Shown here piece by piece: positions 21,789 through 31,957 of a stretch of DNA of 64,000 nt (the stretch's first letter is position 1; every line of letters begins with the position of its first letter). The position numbers were made by a program, and so were the translations under genes. The stretch is from Actinomycetota bacterium (GTDB taxonomy: Bacteria; Actinomycetota; Actinomycetes; Actinomycetales; Dermatophilaceae). The stretch covers positions 41,669 to 105,668 of the forward strand of contig JAIUNK010000011.1 of assembly GCA_020161845.1 (NCBI GenBank), written 5' to 3'. The notes below the pieces were generated by a model, which saw nothing but the letters and a program-made list of their open reading frames with translations, had not been told where the DNA came from and made no database searches.

Positions 21789-23090
21789 TCAGGCCAGCAG
21801 CGAGGAGACCGGCAGGCCCCGGATCGAGGCGTCCAGCACCTGGATGGTGTGTGCGGTCGCGATCGGCGTACCGGCCCGCTCCAGCGCCGCCGCGACCTGC
21901 ATCATGCAGCCCGGGTTGGCGGTGACCAGGAGCTGCGCACCGGTCGTCGCGACATGTCCGGCCTTCCGGTCGCCCAGCTCCCGAGCCGGTTCGGGGTTGA
22001 GGATCGAATAGGTCCCCGCCGATCCGCAACACAGCTCCGCCTCGGCGATCTCGCGCAGCTCCAGGCCGGGGATGGCCCGGAGCAGGTCCCGGGGCTGGCT
22101 CCGCACGCCTTGGGCGTGCGCCAGGTGGCAGGCGTCGTGGTAGGCGACGGACAGCGGCAGCGGGTGTCGGGTGGCCACCGGCTCGATCAGGGTGAGGATC
22201 TCGGCGATATCGACCACCTTGGCCGCGAAGGCCGCCGCCCGCTCGGCATAGGCGGGATCGTCGGCCAACAGCACGCCGTACTCCTTCAACGTCGACCCGC
22301 ACCCCGCCGCGTTGATGACGATGTGATCGGCCGCCGCGGGTTCGAGGGCGTCGATGAGCTGCCGGGCGAAGTTCAGCGCCTCCTCCTCCCGCCCGCTGTG
22401 CACCGACAGGGCGCCGCAGCAGCCCTGCCCGCGCGGGGCCAGCACCGCATATCCCTCCGCCGCCAGCACCCGCGCGGTGGCCGCATTGACCCCCGGGAAG
22501 AACTCCCGTTGCACGCAGCCGAGCACCATCGCCACGACGCCGCGCCGCGGCCCCACCGGTGCGGTGATCTCCGGCACCCGCTCGGCCCGCTCGAGCGTCG
22601 GCGCCGCCGCCTCCATCGCCGCCAGGCTCGGCGCGAGCCGGGCCAGCACGCCGCTATGGCGGATCCGGCGCCCCAGGCCGCTCGCCTGGTAGGCCCGCAA
22701 TGGTCCGCGCAGGGCCCGCAGCCGCTTCGGGTAGGGGAAGGTCGCGAAGATCGCCTCGCGCAACAGTCGCTGCCCGCGGGAGCGCTCGTGCCGCCGCTCC
22801 ACCTGGGCGCGGGTCGCCTCGATGAGTTCGTCGTAGCGCACCCCCGACGGGCAGGCGGTCACGCACGCCATGCAGCCGAGGCAGGCGTCGAAGTGGCCGA
22901 CCATCGTCTGGGTCAGCGGCGCACCCTCCAGCGCGGCGCCCATCAGATAGATCCGGCCCCGGGGGGAGTCCATCTCCTGGCCCCACAGCACATAGGTGGG
23001 GCAGGTCGGCAGGCAGAACCCGCAGTGCACGCAGTCCGCCAGCCGCTGCGCCGATGGCGGGCGATGGGCGTCGAAAGCCGGTTGGCTCAC
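21789..23090 (-). CDS. glcF: Glycolate oxidase iron-sulfur subunit
   Basis: CVHCGFCLPTCP, SPRGRI, CLGCMACVTACPSGV, two CCG domains (CCGAL, CCGSAG). Confidence 0.92.
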   Translation of the reverse strand: MSQPAFDAHRPPSAQRLADCVHCGFCLPTCPTYVLWGQEMDSPRGRIYLMGAALEGAPLTQTMVGHFDACLGCMACVTACPSGVRYDELIEATRAQVERRHERSRGQRLLREAIFATFPYPKRLRALRGPLRAYQASGLGRRIRHSGVLARLAPSLAAMEAAAPTLERAERVPEITAPVGPRRGVVAMVLGCVQREFFPGVNAATARVLAAEGYAVLAPRGQGCCGALSVHSGREEEALNFARQLIDALEPAAADHIVINAAGCGSTLKEYGVLLADDPAYAERAAAFAAKVVDIAEILTLIEPVATRHPLPLSVAYHDACHLAHAQGVRSQPRDLLRAIPGLELREIAEAELCCGSAGTYSILNPEPARELGDRKAGHVATTGAQLLVTANPGCMMQVAAALERAGTPIATAHTIQVLDASIRGLPVSSLLA

Positions 23091-23091
23091 G

Positions 23092-24306
23092 TCAGATCCC
23101 TCCCACGAAACGGCCCGGAGCCAGGACCCCGGCCGGGTCGAACCGGTCCTTGACGGCACGCATGAGTTCCAGCCCGTGCACGGGTCCCCAGACGTCCACG
23201 CCGGCCTTGGCCGCGGCGGGCCCGTCCAGCAGGACGACGCCTCCCTCGTACGCCGTGGCGGCGTCCCGCATCCGCCGCACCAGGCGCACCACCTGCTCCG
23301 GCTCGGCCCCCGGCGCCTCGACCCAGGCCACCCCCACCCCGGTGGAGGCCCGCACGGCGACGGCCACCCCGGCGTCCGCGGCGGCGGCGTCCACGGCGGC
23401 CAGGGCCGCTTCGATGCGGGACAGCGGGAAGGTCAGCTTGACCAGCGGCTCGCCCGGCGCTCCCGGGGTGGCCCGCCACCAGGGCGGCGGCTCGTCCGCG
23501 AGCCGCGCTGTCGACCCCAGCAGGCGAGCCGCCTCCTGGGCACAGCCGGCCACCCCGGCCTCGACGCCGACCACGCAGACGGCGAGTTCGCCCGATCGGG
23601 TGCCGGCCGGACCGGACGGCACGGCCCGGGTCACCTCCAGGGCCGCGGGCACCACGGTCGAGTGGATCAGCGCCTGGCTGAGCTCGGCCAGCCGCCGCGG
23701 ATCGGTCTCGGCCACGCTGATCCAGCGCCGCGCCTGCGGCACCGGGTGCAGCCGGAACGCCAGGGTGGTCAGCACCGCGAGCGTGCCGTAGGACCCGGTG
23801 AGCAGCTTGCCCAGGTCGTACCCGGCGACATTCTTGACCACCTTGCCGCCGCTCTTGGCGATCACCCCGTCGGCGCGCACCATCGTGGCGCCGATGACGA
23901 GGTCGCGGGGCGCGCCGTAGAGCAACCGCGCCGGACCGTTGTCGCCGGTCGCCACGATGCCGCCGAGCGTGCCGTCCCGGGCCGGATCGAGGGCGAGCTG
24001 CTGGCCGACCTCCGCCAGCCGGGTCTGCAGCGTCGACAACCGCAGTCCCGCGCCCGCGACCACGACGTACTCACCCACCCCGTGCTCGACCACCTCCGTC
24101 AGCCGCGACAGGTCCAGCAGGATGTCGCAGCGCCGCGGCGGGGTGCCCCAGGTCAGCTTGGTGCCGGCGCCGGTCGGCACGACGGCCAGGCCGCGCCGGT
24201 GCGCGTCGGCCAGGATCGCCGCGACCTGCGCGGTGTCCTCCGGGTGCACCCGCTCGGCGGCGCCCACCCAGGCCTGGTCGGACTGCCCGTGCCGGATCGT
24301 GGTCAT
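23092..24306 (-). CDS. glcE: Glycolate oxidase FAD-binding subunit
   Basis: GAGTKL.WG, YGAPRDLVIG, GGKVVKNVAGYDLGKLLTGSYGTL. Confidence 0.9.
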   Translation of the reverse strand: MTTIRHGQSDQAWVGAAERVHPEDTAQVAAILADAHRRGLAVVPTGAGTKLTWGTPPRRCDILLDLSRLTEVVEHGVGEYVVVAGAGLRLSTLQTRLAEVGQQLALDPARDGTLGGIVATGDNGPARLLYGAPRDLVIGATMVRADGVIAKSGGKVVKNVAGYDLGKLLTGSYGTLAVLTTLAFRLHPVPQARRWISVAETDPRRLAELSQALIHSTVVPAALEVTRAVPSGPAGTRSGELAVCVVGVEAGVAGCAQEAARLLGSTARLADEPPPWWRATPGAPGEPLVKLTFPLSRIEAALAAVDAAAADAGVAVAVRASTGVGVAWVEAPGAEPEQVVRLVRRMRDAATAYEGGVVLLDGPAAAKAGVDVWGPVHGLELMRAVKDRFDPAGVLAPGRFVGGI

Positions 24307-25763
24307 CAGAACAGTTCCGCCTCTCCGGAGACGACCAGGGGATGCGGCCCCTGGCCACGGCCGGGACGCTCCCCGCACAGCCGGGGCGTCGGGAAGATCT
24401 TGCCGGGGTTGGCGATGCCGTCCGGGTCGAGCGCGCACCGCACCAGCTGCATGGTGTCGAGGTCGTCCGCGGTGAACATCTGCGCCATGAAGGGTGCCTT
24501 GTCCGAGCCCACCCCATGCTCGCCGGTGATCGAACCGCCGTGCGCCAGGCAGAGTTCGAGGATCTTGCCGGCGACGTCCTCGGCCCGCTCCGCGGCGCCC
24601 TCGATCGCGCCGTCGAACAGGACGAGGGGGTGCAGGTTGCCGTCGCCGGCGTGGAAGACGTTCGCCACCCGTACGTCGTGCGCCCGGGCCAGATCGTCGA
24701 TCTGCGCCAGGACCTCCGCCAGCTTGCTGCGGGGGATGACCCCGTCCTGGACGATGTAGTCCGGGCTGATCCGCCCGACCGCCGCGAACGCCGATTTGCG
24801 GCCCTTCCAGAACAACGCCCGCTCGGCGTCGTCGGCGGCGATGCGGATCTCGAAGGCCCCGCGGGAGTGGCACATCCGCTCGATGTCGGCGAACTCCGCC
24901 TCGACCTGCGGCGCCGGCCCGTCCAGCTCGACGATCAACACCGCCGCCGCGCCGGCCGGGTAATTGCAGTGGGTCGCGGCCTCCGCGGCGCTGATCGCCA
25001 GGGCGTCCATCATCTCGATCGCCGCGGGCACCACCCCGGCGCCGATCACGTCGGAGACCGCGTCTCCGGCGGCCTCGATCGAGGAGAAGGCCGCCAGCAG
25101 GGTGCGCACCGCCTGCGGGGAGCGGGTCAGCTTGACGGTGACCTCGGTGGCGATGCCGAGCGTCCCCTCCGAGCCGACCAACACGCCGAGCAGGTCGTAG
25201 CCGGGGGAGTCGGGGGCCTTGCCGCCGAGCCGGTGCACCGCGCCGTCGGGGGCCACCCACGTCATCCCGGTGATGTGGCCCGCGGTGAAGCCGTATTTCA
25301 AACAGTGCGCCCCGCCGGAGTTCTCGGCGACATTCCCGCCTATCGAACACACCAGCTGCGAGGAGGGGTCGGGGGCGAAGTAGTAGCCGTCGGGCAGCGT
25401 CTGCCTGCTCAGCTGCAGGTTGATCACGCCCGGGTCGACGACCGCCCGTTGCGCCGGCAGGTCGACCTCCCGGACGGTGCGCATCCGGCTGGTCACGATC
25501 AGCACGCCGTCCGCGCGCGGCAGCGCCCCGCCGGACAGGCCGGTGCCGGAGCCACGGGCCACGAAGGGGATGCCGGCCCGGGCGCACATCCGCACGCACG
25601 CGGCGACCTGCTCGGTGCTCTCCGGCAGGACGACGAGGCCCGGGGTCACCGTGTATTGCGCGAGCCCGTCGCACTCGTAGGTCCGCAGCTGCACCGGGTC
25701 GGTGATCAGCCCGTCGGCGGGCAGGATCCCGGTGAGGCGGTCGGCCAGGGCGGACAGGTCCAT
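24306..25763 (-). CDS. glcD: Glycolate oxidase subunit D
   Basis: RTYECDG, ARGSGTGLSGGA, PDPSSQ..CSIGGNVAENSGGAHCLKYG, FHAGDGNLHP, ITGEHGVG. Confidence 0.93.
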   Translation of the reverse strand: MDLSALADRLTGILPADGLITDPVQLRTYECDGLAQYTVTPGLVVLPESTEQVAACVRMCARAGIPFVARGSGTGLSGGALPRADGVLIVTSRMRTVREVDLPAQRAVVDPGVINLQLSRQTLPDGYYFAPDPSSQLVCSIGGNVAENSGGAHCLKYGFTAGHITGMTWVAPDGAVHRLGGKAPDSPGYDLLGVLVGSEGTLGIATEVTVKLTRSPQAVRTLLAAFSSIEAAGDAVSDVIGAGVVPAAIEMMDALAISAAEAATHCNYPAGAAAVLIVELDGPAPQVEAEFADIERMCHSRGAFEIRIAADDAERALFWKGRKSAFAAVGRISPDYIVQDGVIPRSKLAEVLAQIDDLARAHDVRVANVFHAGDGNLHPLVLFDGAIEGAAERAEDVAGKILELCLAHGGSITGEHGVGSDKAPFMAQMFTADDLDTMQLVRCALDPDGIANPGKIFPTPRLCGERPGRGQGPHPLVVSGEAELF

Positions 25764-25853
25764 CGGGTCTCCTTCTCGGCGCGACCGATCGGATGAGACC
25801 CCACCCTGCCACCGCGGCGGGCCCGCCGCACTACCAGCGCGACAGTGCAGCGG

Positions 25854-26762
25854 TCAGCTGCTGGTCGGGCTGGCCGCTGCCTTGAGCGCGGTGCTCACCT
25901 TGGCTAGAACGTCGATCTGGCGCCCCCGCTCGTCGTACTCGCGCATCTGCTGCTCGTAGGTCGCCATCGACTCGTCGTACGCCTTCTTCGCCGACTCGAA
26001 GTCCTGCTTCGCCGCGGTCTTGTCCGCGAGTGCGGCGGCCACGACGTCCGTCACGTCCGGGCAGTCCAGCACGACGTAGTCGGAGCGCTTCCGGGCGCCA
26101 TGGCATTGGGCCCAGGACTGGGCGAAGCCCTCGGTGAGGCTGGCGAGATAGCTGCTGGAGTCGCGGTAGCCGCGGGCCACGAATTTGCTGTTGAGGCAGT
26201 CGGCGCGACCGCACAGCCAGGTGGCGTAGAGGTGGCCGCGCTCGTGCATCGCGGCGTCCCACATCTCGCCGCCCTCGCCGGGCTGATTCAGCAGCACCAT
26301 CCGTCCGTCGCCGTAGGCCTTGCCCACGACGTACGAGCCGGCGGGCACCCCGGCCGGCAGGTCGTCGTTCAGGGCGGCGTCGCCCTGCTGCGCGCACCGC
26401 GCCTTGCCGCCGCCGACCTGGTCGGCGATAAGGCTGCAGGCCGTGCCGTCGGCCGGCCGCGCGGCCATGGCGAGGTCGGCCAGGGTGAACCGCTCGGCGG
26501 CCAGAGCCGACGGGCGCGGTTCGATCGGGCGGCGCGGCGTGCTCGGCCGCGCGGCCGCGGGGTCGAAGCCGCTGAGGAACGCCCTGGTCGGGGCGGACAG
26601 GTCGGTGCTTTCGGGGTGGTCTTTGACCTCGTCGTAGGCCTGCTCCAGGGTTGCCGGCAGGACCGCCTGGGTCGGGAAGAGCACCGATCCCGAGCACCCG
26701 GTCAGGCCGATGCCGATGAGGGCCGCCATGCCGGCGAGCGCCACCCGTCGCGTCCTGCCCAT
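25854..26762 (-). CDS. Putative lipoprotein with HExxH metallopeptidase-like motif and C-terminal coiled coil
   Basis: Lipobox LTGC (Cys23), MHERGH, downstream EGFA, six further Cys, AAGGGGG SD. Confidence 0.75.
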   Translation of the reverse strand: MGRTRRVALAGMAALIGIGLTGCSGSVLFPTQAVLPATLEQAYDEVKDHPESTDLSAPTRAFLSGFDPAAARPSTPRRPIEPRPSALAAERFTLADLAMAARPADGTACSLIADQVGGGKARCAQQGDAALNDDLPAGVPAGSYVVGKAYGDGRMVLLNQPGEGGEMWDAAMHERGHLYATWLCGRADCLNSKFVARGYRDSSSYLASLTEGFAQSWAQCHGARKRSDYVVLDCPDVTDVVAAALADKTAAKQDFESAKKAYDESMATYEQQMREYDERGRQIDVLAKVSTALKAAASPTSS

Positions 26763-26879
26763 GACCTACATTCCCCCTTGCGTGCTGGTCGCCAGGATAC
26801 CGGCACGGCCTGACCCGCCCTGTGCGCCGGGCGCGGTCGGCGATTAGGAGGGCTCGGAACGCGCTGGTAATCTCGATTC

Positions 26880-26961
26880 TTGCCGTCGATCGGCCGCGGA
26901 TCGAGAGCGCTCGGTGGATTCGCCACTGGGCACCGCGCAACGAGTCAAGGAGTCGCCTTAC
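26880..26961 (+). promoter_or_regulatory. Probable rpsO autoregulatory leader
   Basis: TAATCT -10 candidate followed by a structured leader (GGCCGCGGA...CACCGCGC) and AAGGAG SD. S15 leaders are known in actinobacteria; the match was not computed. Confidence 0.4.
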
Positions 26962-27231
26962 ATGCCATTGGATGCTGCCACCAAGAACACGATCATGGCT
27001 GAGTACGCCACCAAGGACGGCGACACCGGCTCCCCCGAGGTGCAGATCGCGATGCTCACGCAGCGCATCAAGGACCTCACCGAGCACTCCCGCCAGCACA
27101 AGCACGACCACCACAGCCGGCGCGGCCTGCTGCTGCTGGTCGGGCGGCGCAAGCGGATGCTGCGTTACCTGGAGGCGACCGACATCGAGCGTTACCGCTC
27201 GCTGATCAAGCGCCTCGGTCTGCGTCGGTGA
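26962..27231 (+). CDS. rpsO: 30S ribosomal protein S15
   Basis: [32 protein letters not shown]. Confidence 0.98.
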   Translation: MPLDAATKNTIMAEYATKDGDTGSPEVQIAMLTQRIKDLTEHSRQHKHDHHSRRGLLLLVGRRKRMLRYLEATDIERYRSLIKRLGLRR

Positions 27232-27246
27232 CATTGCCGACGACTG

Positions 27247-27281
27247 GGAGCGGTTCCCGATTCGCCGGGGACCGCTCCTTT
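27247..27281 (+). terminator. Intrinsic terminator after rpsO
   Basis: GGAGCGGTTCCCG-ATTCGC-CGGGGACCGCTCC-TTT, 13-bp stem with one G-U pair. Confidence 0.75.
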
Positions 27282-27516
27282 CGCATATCGCCCCTGTCGG
27301 GGCGGCGTGCGTCGGGCCGCCGGGCGTCTGCGGGGTTCGCCTCGGACGCCCAGCCCGCCGCTGCGGCGGGTCGGCTCGAGACCACGCCGTACGGCGTGTA
27401 GGCAGGACACGGAGGTCGACCTTCGATTCCGGAGGCTTCCCCGTGAGCACGACGACAAGCCGGCGCACAACGATGATGCGCCGCACTGATGAGACAGAAG
27501 AGGAGGGCCCCATCGC

Positions 27517-30153
27517 ATGGAGGGTCCAGAAATCACGTTCGCCGAAGCCGTCATCGACAATGGCAGCTACGGCACCCGCAAGATCCGGTTCGAGACCGGA
27601 CGCCTCGCCAAGCAGGCCGCCGGCTCAGTCACGGCGTACCTCGATGACGAGACCACGCTGCTGTCCACCACCACGGCCAGCAAGCACCCGAAAGACCAGT
27701 TCGACTTCTTCCCGCTGACGGTGGACGTCGAGGAGCGGATGTACGCCGCGGGCAAGATCCCCGGCAGCTTCTTCCGCCGCGAGGGCCGCCCGTCCACGGA
27801 CGCGATCCTCACCTGCCGGTTGATCGACCGGCCGCTGCGCCCGACCTTCAAGAAGGGGCTGCGCAACGAGGTTCAGGTCGTCATCACGGTGCTGAGCCTG
27901 AACCCCGACCACCAGTACGACGTGCTGGCCATCAACGCCGCCTCCGCCTCGACCCAGATCTCGGGCCTGCCGTTCTCCGGCCCGGTCGGCGGGGTGCGCG
28001 TCTCCCTGATCGAGGGCACCTGGGTGGCGTTCCCGAACTTCTCCGACAGCGAGCGCTCGACGTTCGACATGGTGGTGGCCGGCCGCATCGTCCGGCACGG
28101 CGACGGACCGGCCGACGACGACGTCGCGATCATGATGGTCGAGGCCGAGGCCACCGACGCGACCTGGAACCTCGTCAAGAACGAGGGCAAGCAGGCGCCG
28201 ACCGAGGAGGTCGTGGCCGCCGGGCTGGAGGCCGCCAAGAAGCCGATCGCCACCCTGTGCCGCGCCCAGGAGGAGCTGGCTCGGACTGCCGCCAAGGAGG
28301 TCGCCGAGTTCCCGATCTACCTGGACTACCAGCCCGATGCCTACGAGGCCGTCGAGGCCGCCGCGCAGGACCAGCTGCGCGAGCTGCTGGCCATCCCGGG
28401 CAAGCAGGAGCGCGAGACGAAGCTGGACGAGCTCAAGGCCACGTTGAAGGACGAGTTGGCCGGCGAGCCCGGCGACAAGGGCATGGACGCGACGGCCAAG
28501 CGCTTCCACGGCCGCGACAAGGAGATCTCGGCGGCCTACCGGGCGGTGCAGAAGAAGCTCGTCCGCGAGCGGATCCTGCGCGACAAGGTCCGCATCGACG
28601 GCCGCGGGCTGGCTGACATCCGGGCCCTGGGTGCCGAGGTCGAGGTGCTCCCGCGGGTGCACGGATCGGCGATCTTCGAGCGGGGCGAGACCCAGATCAT
28701 GGGCGTCACCACGCTGAACATGCTCCGCATGGAGCAGCAGCTCGACACGCTGTCGCCGGTGAGCCGCAAGCGCTACATGCACAACTACAACTTCCCGCCG
28801 TATTCGACCGGTGAGACCGGCCGCGTCGGGTCGCCCAAGCGTCGCGAGATCGGCCACGGCGCGCTGGCGGAGCGGGCGCTCATGCCGGTGCTGCCGACCC
28901 GCGAGGAGTTCCCCTATGCGATCCGGCAGGTGTCCGAGGCCCTCGGGTCCAACGGCTCCACGTCGATGGGCTCGGTCTGCGCCTCGACACTGTCGCTGCT
29001 CAACGCCGGCGTGCCGCTGCGCGCGCCGGTCGCGGGCATCGCGATGGGCCTGGTCTCGGCGGAGATCGACGGGCAGACGCAGTACGCCGCGCTCACCGAC
29101 ATCCTCGGCGCCGAGGACGCGTTCGGCGACATGGACTTCAAGGTCGCCGGCACCCGCGAGTTCGTCACGGCCATCCAGCTGGACACCAAGCTCGACGGCA
29201 TCCCGGCGTCGGTCCTGGCCGGGGCGCTGACCCAGGCCCGCGACGCCCGGCTCTACATCCTGGATGTGATGACCGAGGCGATCGACGCGCCCGACGAGAT
29301 GAGCCCGTTCGCGCCTCGCGTCATCTCGGTGAAGGTGCCGGTCGACAAGATCGGTGAGGTCATCGGCCCGAAGGGCAAGATGATCAACCAGATCCAGGAG
29401 GACACCGGCGCCGACATCTCCATCGAGGACGACGGCACGGTCTACATCGGCGCGACCGACGGCCCCTCGGCCGAGGCGGCCCGCAACGCGATCAACGCCA
29501 TCGCCAACCCGACGATGCCGGAGATCGGCGAACGCTTCCTCGGCACCGTGGTGAAGACCACGACGTTCGGGGCGTTCATCTCCCTGCTTCCCGGCAAGGA
29601 CGGCTTGCTGCACATCTCCGAGGTGCGCAAGCTCGTCGGGGGCAAGCGGATCGACTCGGTCGACGACGTGTTGGCCATCGGCCAGAAGGTGCAGGTCGAG
29701 CTCAAGGAGGTCGACCCGCGGGGCAAGCTCTCGCTCGGTGCGGTGCTGACCGAGGAGCAGCAGGCTGCGGCCGATGCCGCGGCCGCCGACGAGGGCGAGC
29801 GCCGCGGCGGTCGTGGTGAGCGTGGCGGCGACCGTGGCGACCGGTTCGGTGACCGGGGCGGACGCGACGGTGAGCGTGGTGGACGCGATGGCGACCGCCG
29901 GGATCGCCGGCCGCGACGCGAGGACGGCGAGGGGACCGGCTCCGGTCCCGACGCCGACGGCGAGAACGGCGGGGATGGCGACGAGCGGGGCGAACGTCGC
30001 TCCCGCAGCCGGCGCCGTCGGCCCCGTCGCGAGGACGGTGGCGCCGATGGAGCCGAGGGCGTCGAGCACGGCGAGGGCACCCGAGAGGCCGACGCGCTGG
30101 CGTCGTCTGCCGAGGCCAACGACAGCGTGAGCGCCTCCTCCGAAGAGGCCTGA
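27517..30153 (+). CDS. pnp: Polyribonucleotide nucleotidyltransferase with long RG/RD-rich disordered C-tail
   Basis: [66 protein letters not shown] and S1 domains. Confidence 0.98.
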   Translation: MEGPEITFAEAVIDNGSYGTRKIRFETGRLAKQAAGSVTAYLDDETTLLSTTTASKHPKDQFDFFPLTVDVEERMYAAGKIPGSFFRREGRPSTDAILTCRLIDRPLRPTFKKGLRNEVQVVITVLSLNPDHQYDVLAINAASASTQISGLPFSGPVGGVRVSLIEGTWVAFPNFSDSERSTFDMVVAGRIVRHGDGPADDDVAIMMVEAEATDATWNLVKNEGKQAPTEEVVAAGLEAAKKPIATLCRAQEELARTAAKEVAEFPIYLDYQPDAYEAVEAAAQDQLRELLAIPGKQERETKLDELKATLKDELAGEPGDKGMDATAKRFHGRDKEISAAYRAVQKKLVRERILRDKVRIDGRGLADIRALGAEVEVLPRVHGSAIFERGETQIMGVTTLNMLRMEQQLDTLSPVSRKRYMHNYNFPPYSTGETGRVGSPKRREIGHGALAERALMPVLPTREEFPYAIRQVSEALGSNGSTSMGSVCASTLSLLNAGVPLRAPVAGIAMGLVSAEIDGQTQYAALTDILGAEDAFGDMDFKVAGTREFVTAIQLDTKLDGIPASVLAGALTQARDARLYILDVMTEAIDAPDEMSPFAPRVISVKVPVDKIGEVIGPKGKMINQIQEDTGADISIEDDGTVYIGATDGPSAEAARNAINAIANPTMPEIGERFLGTVVKTTTFGAFISLLPGKDGLLHISEVRKLVGGKRIDSVDDVLAIGQKVQVELKEVDPRGKLSLGAVLTEEQQAAADAAAADEGERRGGRGERGGDRGDRFGDRGGRDGERGGRDGDRRDRRPRREDGEGTGSGPDADGENGGDGDERGERRSRSRRRRPRREDGGADGAEGVEHGEGTREADALASSAEANDSVSASSEEA

Positions 30154-30189
30154 GTAGTCGCCGAGTCCACCTCCCGATGGGGACTCGGA

Positions 30190-30223
30190 AAGGGCCGGTA
30201 CGTCGCACGACGTACCGGCCCTT
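30190..30223 (+). terminator. Hairpin terminator after pnp
   Basis: AAGGGCCGGTACGTC-GCAC-GACGTACCGGCCCTT, perfect 15-bp stem. Confidence 0.75.
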
Positions 30224-30242
30224 CGCCGTCTCGTCTCGCCCG

Positions 30243-30470
30243 CCACTGCCCGCTCGTCCGCCCATTCCAGCGCCGCCCTCTGCCCGCCATCCACTGCCGC
30301 CCCTTTTCCCCCTCGTCCACTGCGGCCCGTTGTCCCCCCTCGTCGACTGCCGCCCTCTTCGTGGCACTGCCGCCCCTCTTGAAGCAGGGCGGCAGTCGTG
30401 CGATTGGGGCGGCAGTCGTGCGATTGGGGCGGCAATCGTGCGATTGGGGCGGCAATCGTGCGATTGGGGC
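30243..30470. repeat. Intergenic repeat block: degenerate CACTGCCGCCC units followed by four 20-bp tandem units GGCA(G/A)TCGTGCGATTGGGGC
   Basis: Exact 20-nt period over 30391-30470; upstream GACTGCCGCCC (30345) is the reverse complement of GGGCGGCAGTC (30387). Confidence 0.85.
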
Positions 30471-30575
30471 CCCGCCGGACCGGAGAGCCGCAGCGTCTCC
30501 GAGCCGGCGCCGAGGTTGTCCACAGGAAGAGGTCGGGCCGCCCCACGATGGCCTTGCGCCGGGCACACTGGCGCG

Positions 30576-31010
30576 GTGATCGCCGACGCCCCGCCCCCGC
30601 CCCCACCGGGCCCCCAGGACCGACCAAGGCCAAGGCCTGCCCCCGGTCCGGAGTTCATAGCGCGCGGAGGGCCGAGGGCGGCTCCGCGCCGCCGTACCTC
30701 ACTGGACATGCGACTGAGCCTCGCCGGCGCCGTCGCCCTTGGCTGCGCGTTGGTACACGGCGTGCTGGTCGTGCTCTTCATATGGTTCGCCGACGCTGAA
30801 TGCGGGTCCGACTGTGTGCGGATCGATGGCCCGGGACGGACCGTGGCCATCTTCGGCCCGGGAGTCACGGCGGCAGTCTTCATCGCCCTGGCCCTCGCGG
30901 CGGGAATCTTGGAGCGGGAGGTGTGGCCGTGGCTGTGGCTGGGGGCTGTCGCGGTATTCGTGACGGGTCTTCTGTCGGCGGAGCTGCTCGTGCCCGTCCT
31001 GCCCCACTGA
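30576..31010 (+). CDS. Small membrane protein (Pro-rich N-terminus, three TM segments)
   Basis: Three hydrophobic segments; CACACT -10 6 nt before GTG 30576; alternative ATG at 30708. Confidence 0.65.
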   Translation: MIADAPPPPPPGPQDRPRPRPAPGPEFIARGGPRAAPRRRTSLDMRLSLAGAVALGCALVHGVLVVLFIWFADAECGSDCVRIDGPGRTVAIFGPGVTAAVFIALALAAGILEREVWPWLWLGAVAVFVTGLLSAELLVPVLPH

Positions 31011-31108
31011 GCGGCCACGGTCGTCCATGACGACCGGCGCCGGCGCGGACGGCGGGTCGGCGGGTCGGCGGGTCGGCTGGCGTCCCACGGCGCGCCTACG
31101 CTGGCGGG

Positions 31109-31957
31109 GTGGGACTCCTGGATCTGGCCCGACGCAGGCGCCGCCACCGGCGCAGCTATCCCGGTGCGATACCCGTGGCGCTGGCCCACCGCGGCGGCCC
31201 GGCCTACCCGCCCAACCTCGGCATCGAGAACTCCCGCGCCGCGTTCGCGACGGCGGTGGCGCTCGGCTACACGCACCTGGAGACCGACGTCCACGTGACC
31301 GCCGACGGGGTGCTGCTCGCGCTGCACGACGAGCGGCTGGACCGGGTGGCGGGAGTGGCGGGGGCGGTGGCCGAGCTGCCGTACGCCGCGGTCCAGGGAG
31401 CCCGCCTCGGGGGCCGGGAGCCGGTGCCCACGATGGCCGAACTGTTCGACGCGTTCCCTGGCGTGGTGTTCAACATCGACCTCAAGGCGCCCGGCACGGC
31501 CGCCGCGCTATGGCGCCTGCTGGAGGATCGCGGCGCGCACGACCGGGTCTGCGTGGGGTCCTTTTCGGCCCGGAACCTGCGGCAGTTCCGGGCCCTCGCT
31601 CGGGGCCGAGTGGCGACGTCGGCCGGCCAACTCGGTACGGCGTGGCTGCGCTTCGCGCCCGCGTGGGTGACCCGGTGGGTGCATTCGCCGGGCGTGGCTT
31701 ATCAGGTGCCGCGCACGCATCGAATCCTGGGCCGGGAGATCGCGGTGGTGACGCCGGCGTTCGTGGCGGCGGCACACCGGATCGGGCGGCAGGTGCACGT
31801 CTGGACCATCGACGAGCGGGCCGAGATGGACGAGCTGCTCGATCTTGGGGTGGACGGCCTGGTCAGCGACGCCATCGACGTGCTGCGCGAGGTCCTGTCA
31901 GGGCGGCACGCCTGGCCGCCGGCCACGGATCAGGTCAGGGCGTGGCGCAGCCACTGA
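31109..31957 (+). CDS. Glycerophosphodiester phosphodiesterase
   Basis: LAHRGG, ENSRAAF, LETDVH.TADG....HD, NIDLK, VHVWTIDE, GVDGLVSD. Confidence 0.93.
   Translation: MGLLDLARRRRRHRRSYPGAIPVALAHRGGPAYPPNLGIENSRAAFATAVALGYTHLETDVHVTADGVLLALHDERLDRVAGVAGAVAELPYAAVQGARLGGREPVPTMAELFDAFPGVVFNIDLKAPGTAAALWRLLEDRGAHDRVCVGSFSARNLRQFRALARGRVATSAGQLGTAWLRFAPAWVTRWVHSPGVAYQVPRTHRILGREIAVVTPAFVAAAHRIGRQVHVWTIDERAEMDELLDLGVDGLVSDAIDVLREVLSGRHAWPPATDQVRAWRSH

Noticed and set aside
27400-27445. tRNA or Actino-pnp RNA motif in the pnp leader (TTCGATTCC at 27422)
   Set aside because: No cloverleaf or acceptor stem, and I could not match the Actino-pnp consensus by eye; it needs an Infernal scan.
30387-30470. 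CRISPR array
   Set aside because: The 20-bp units are contiguous with no unique spacers, and no cas genes are in the window.
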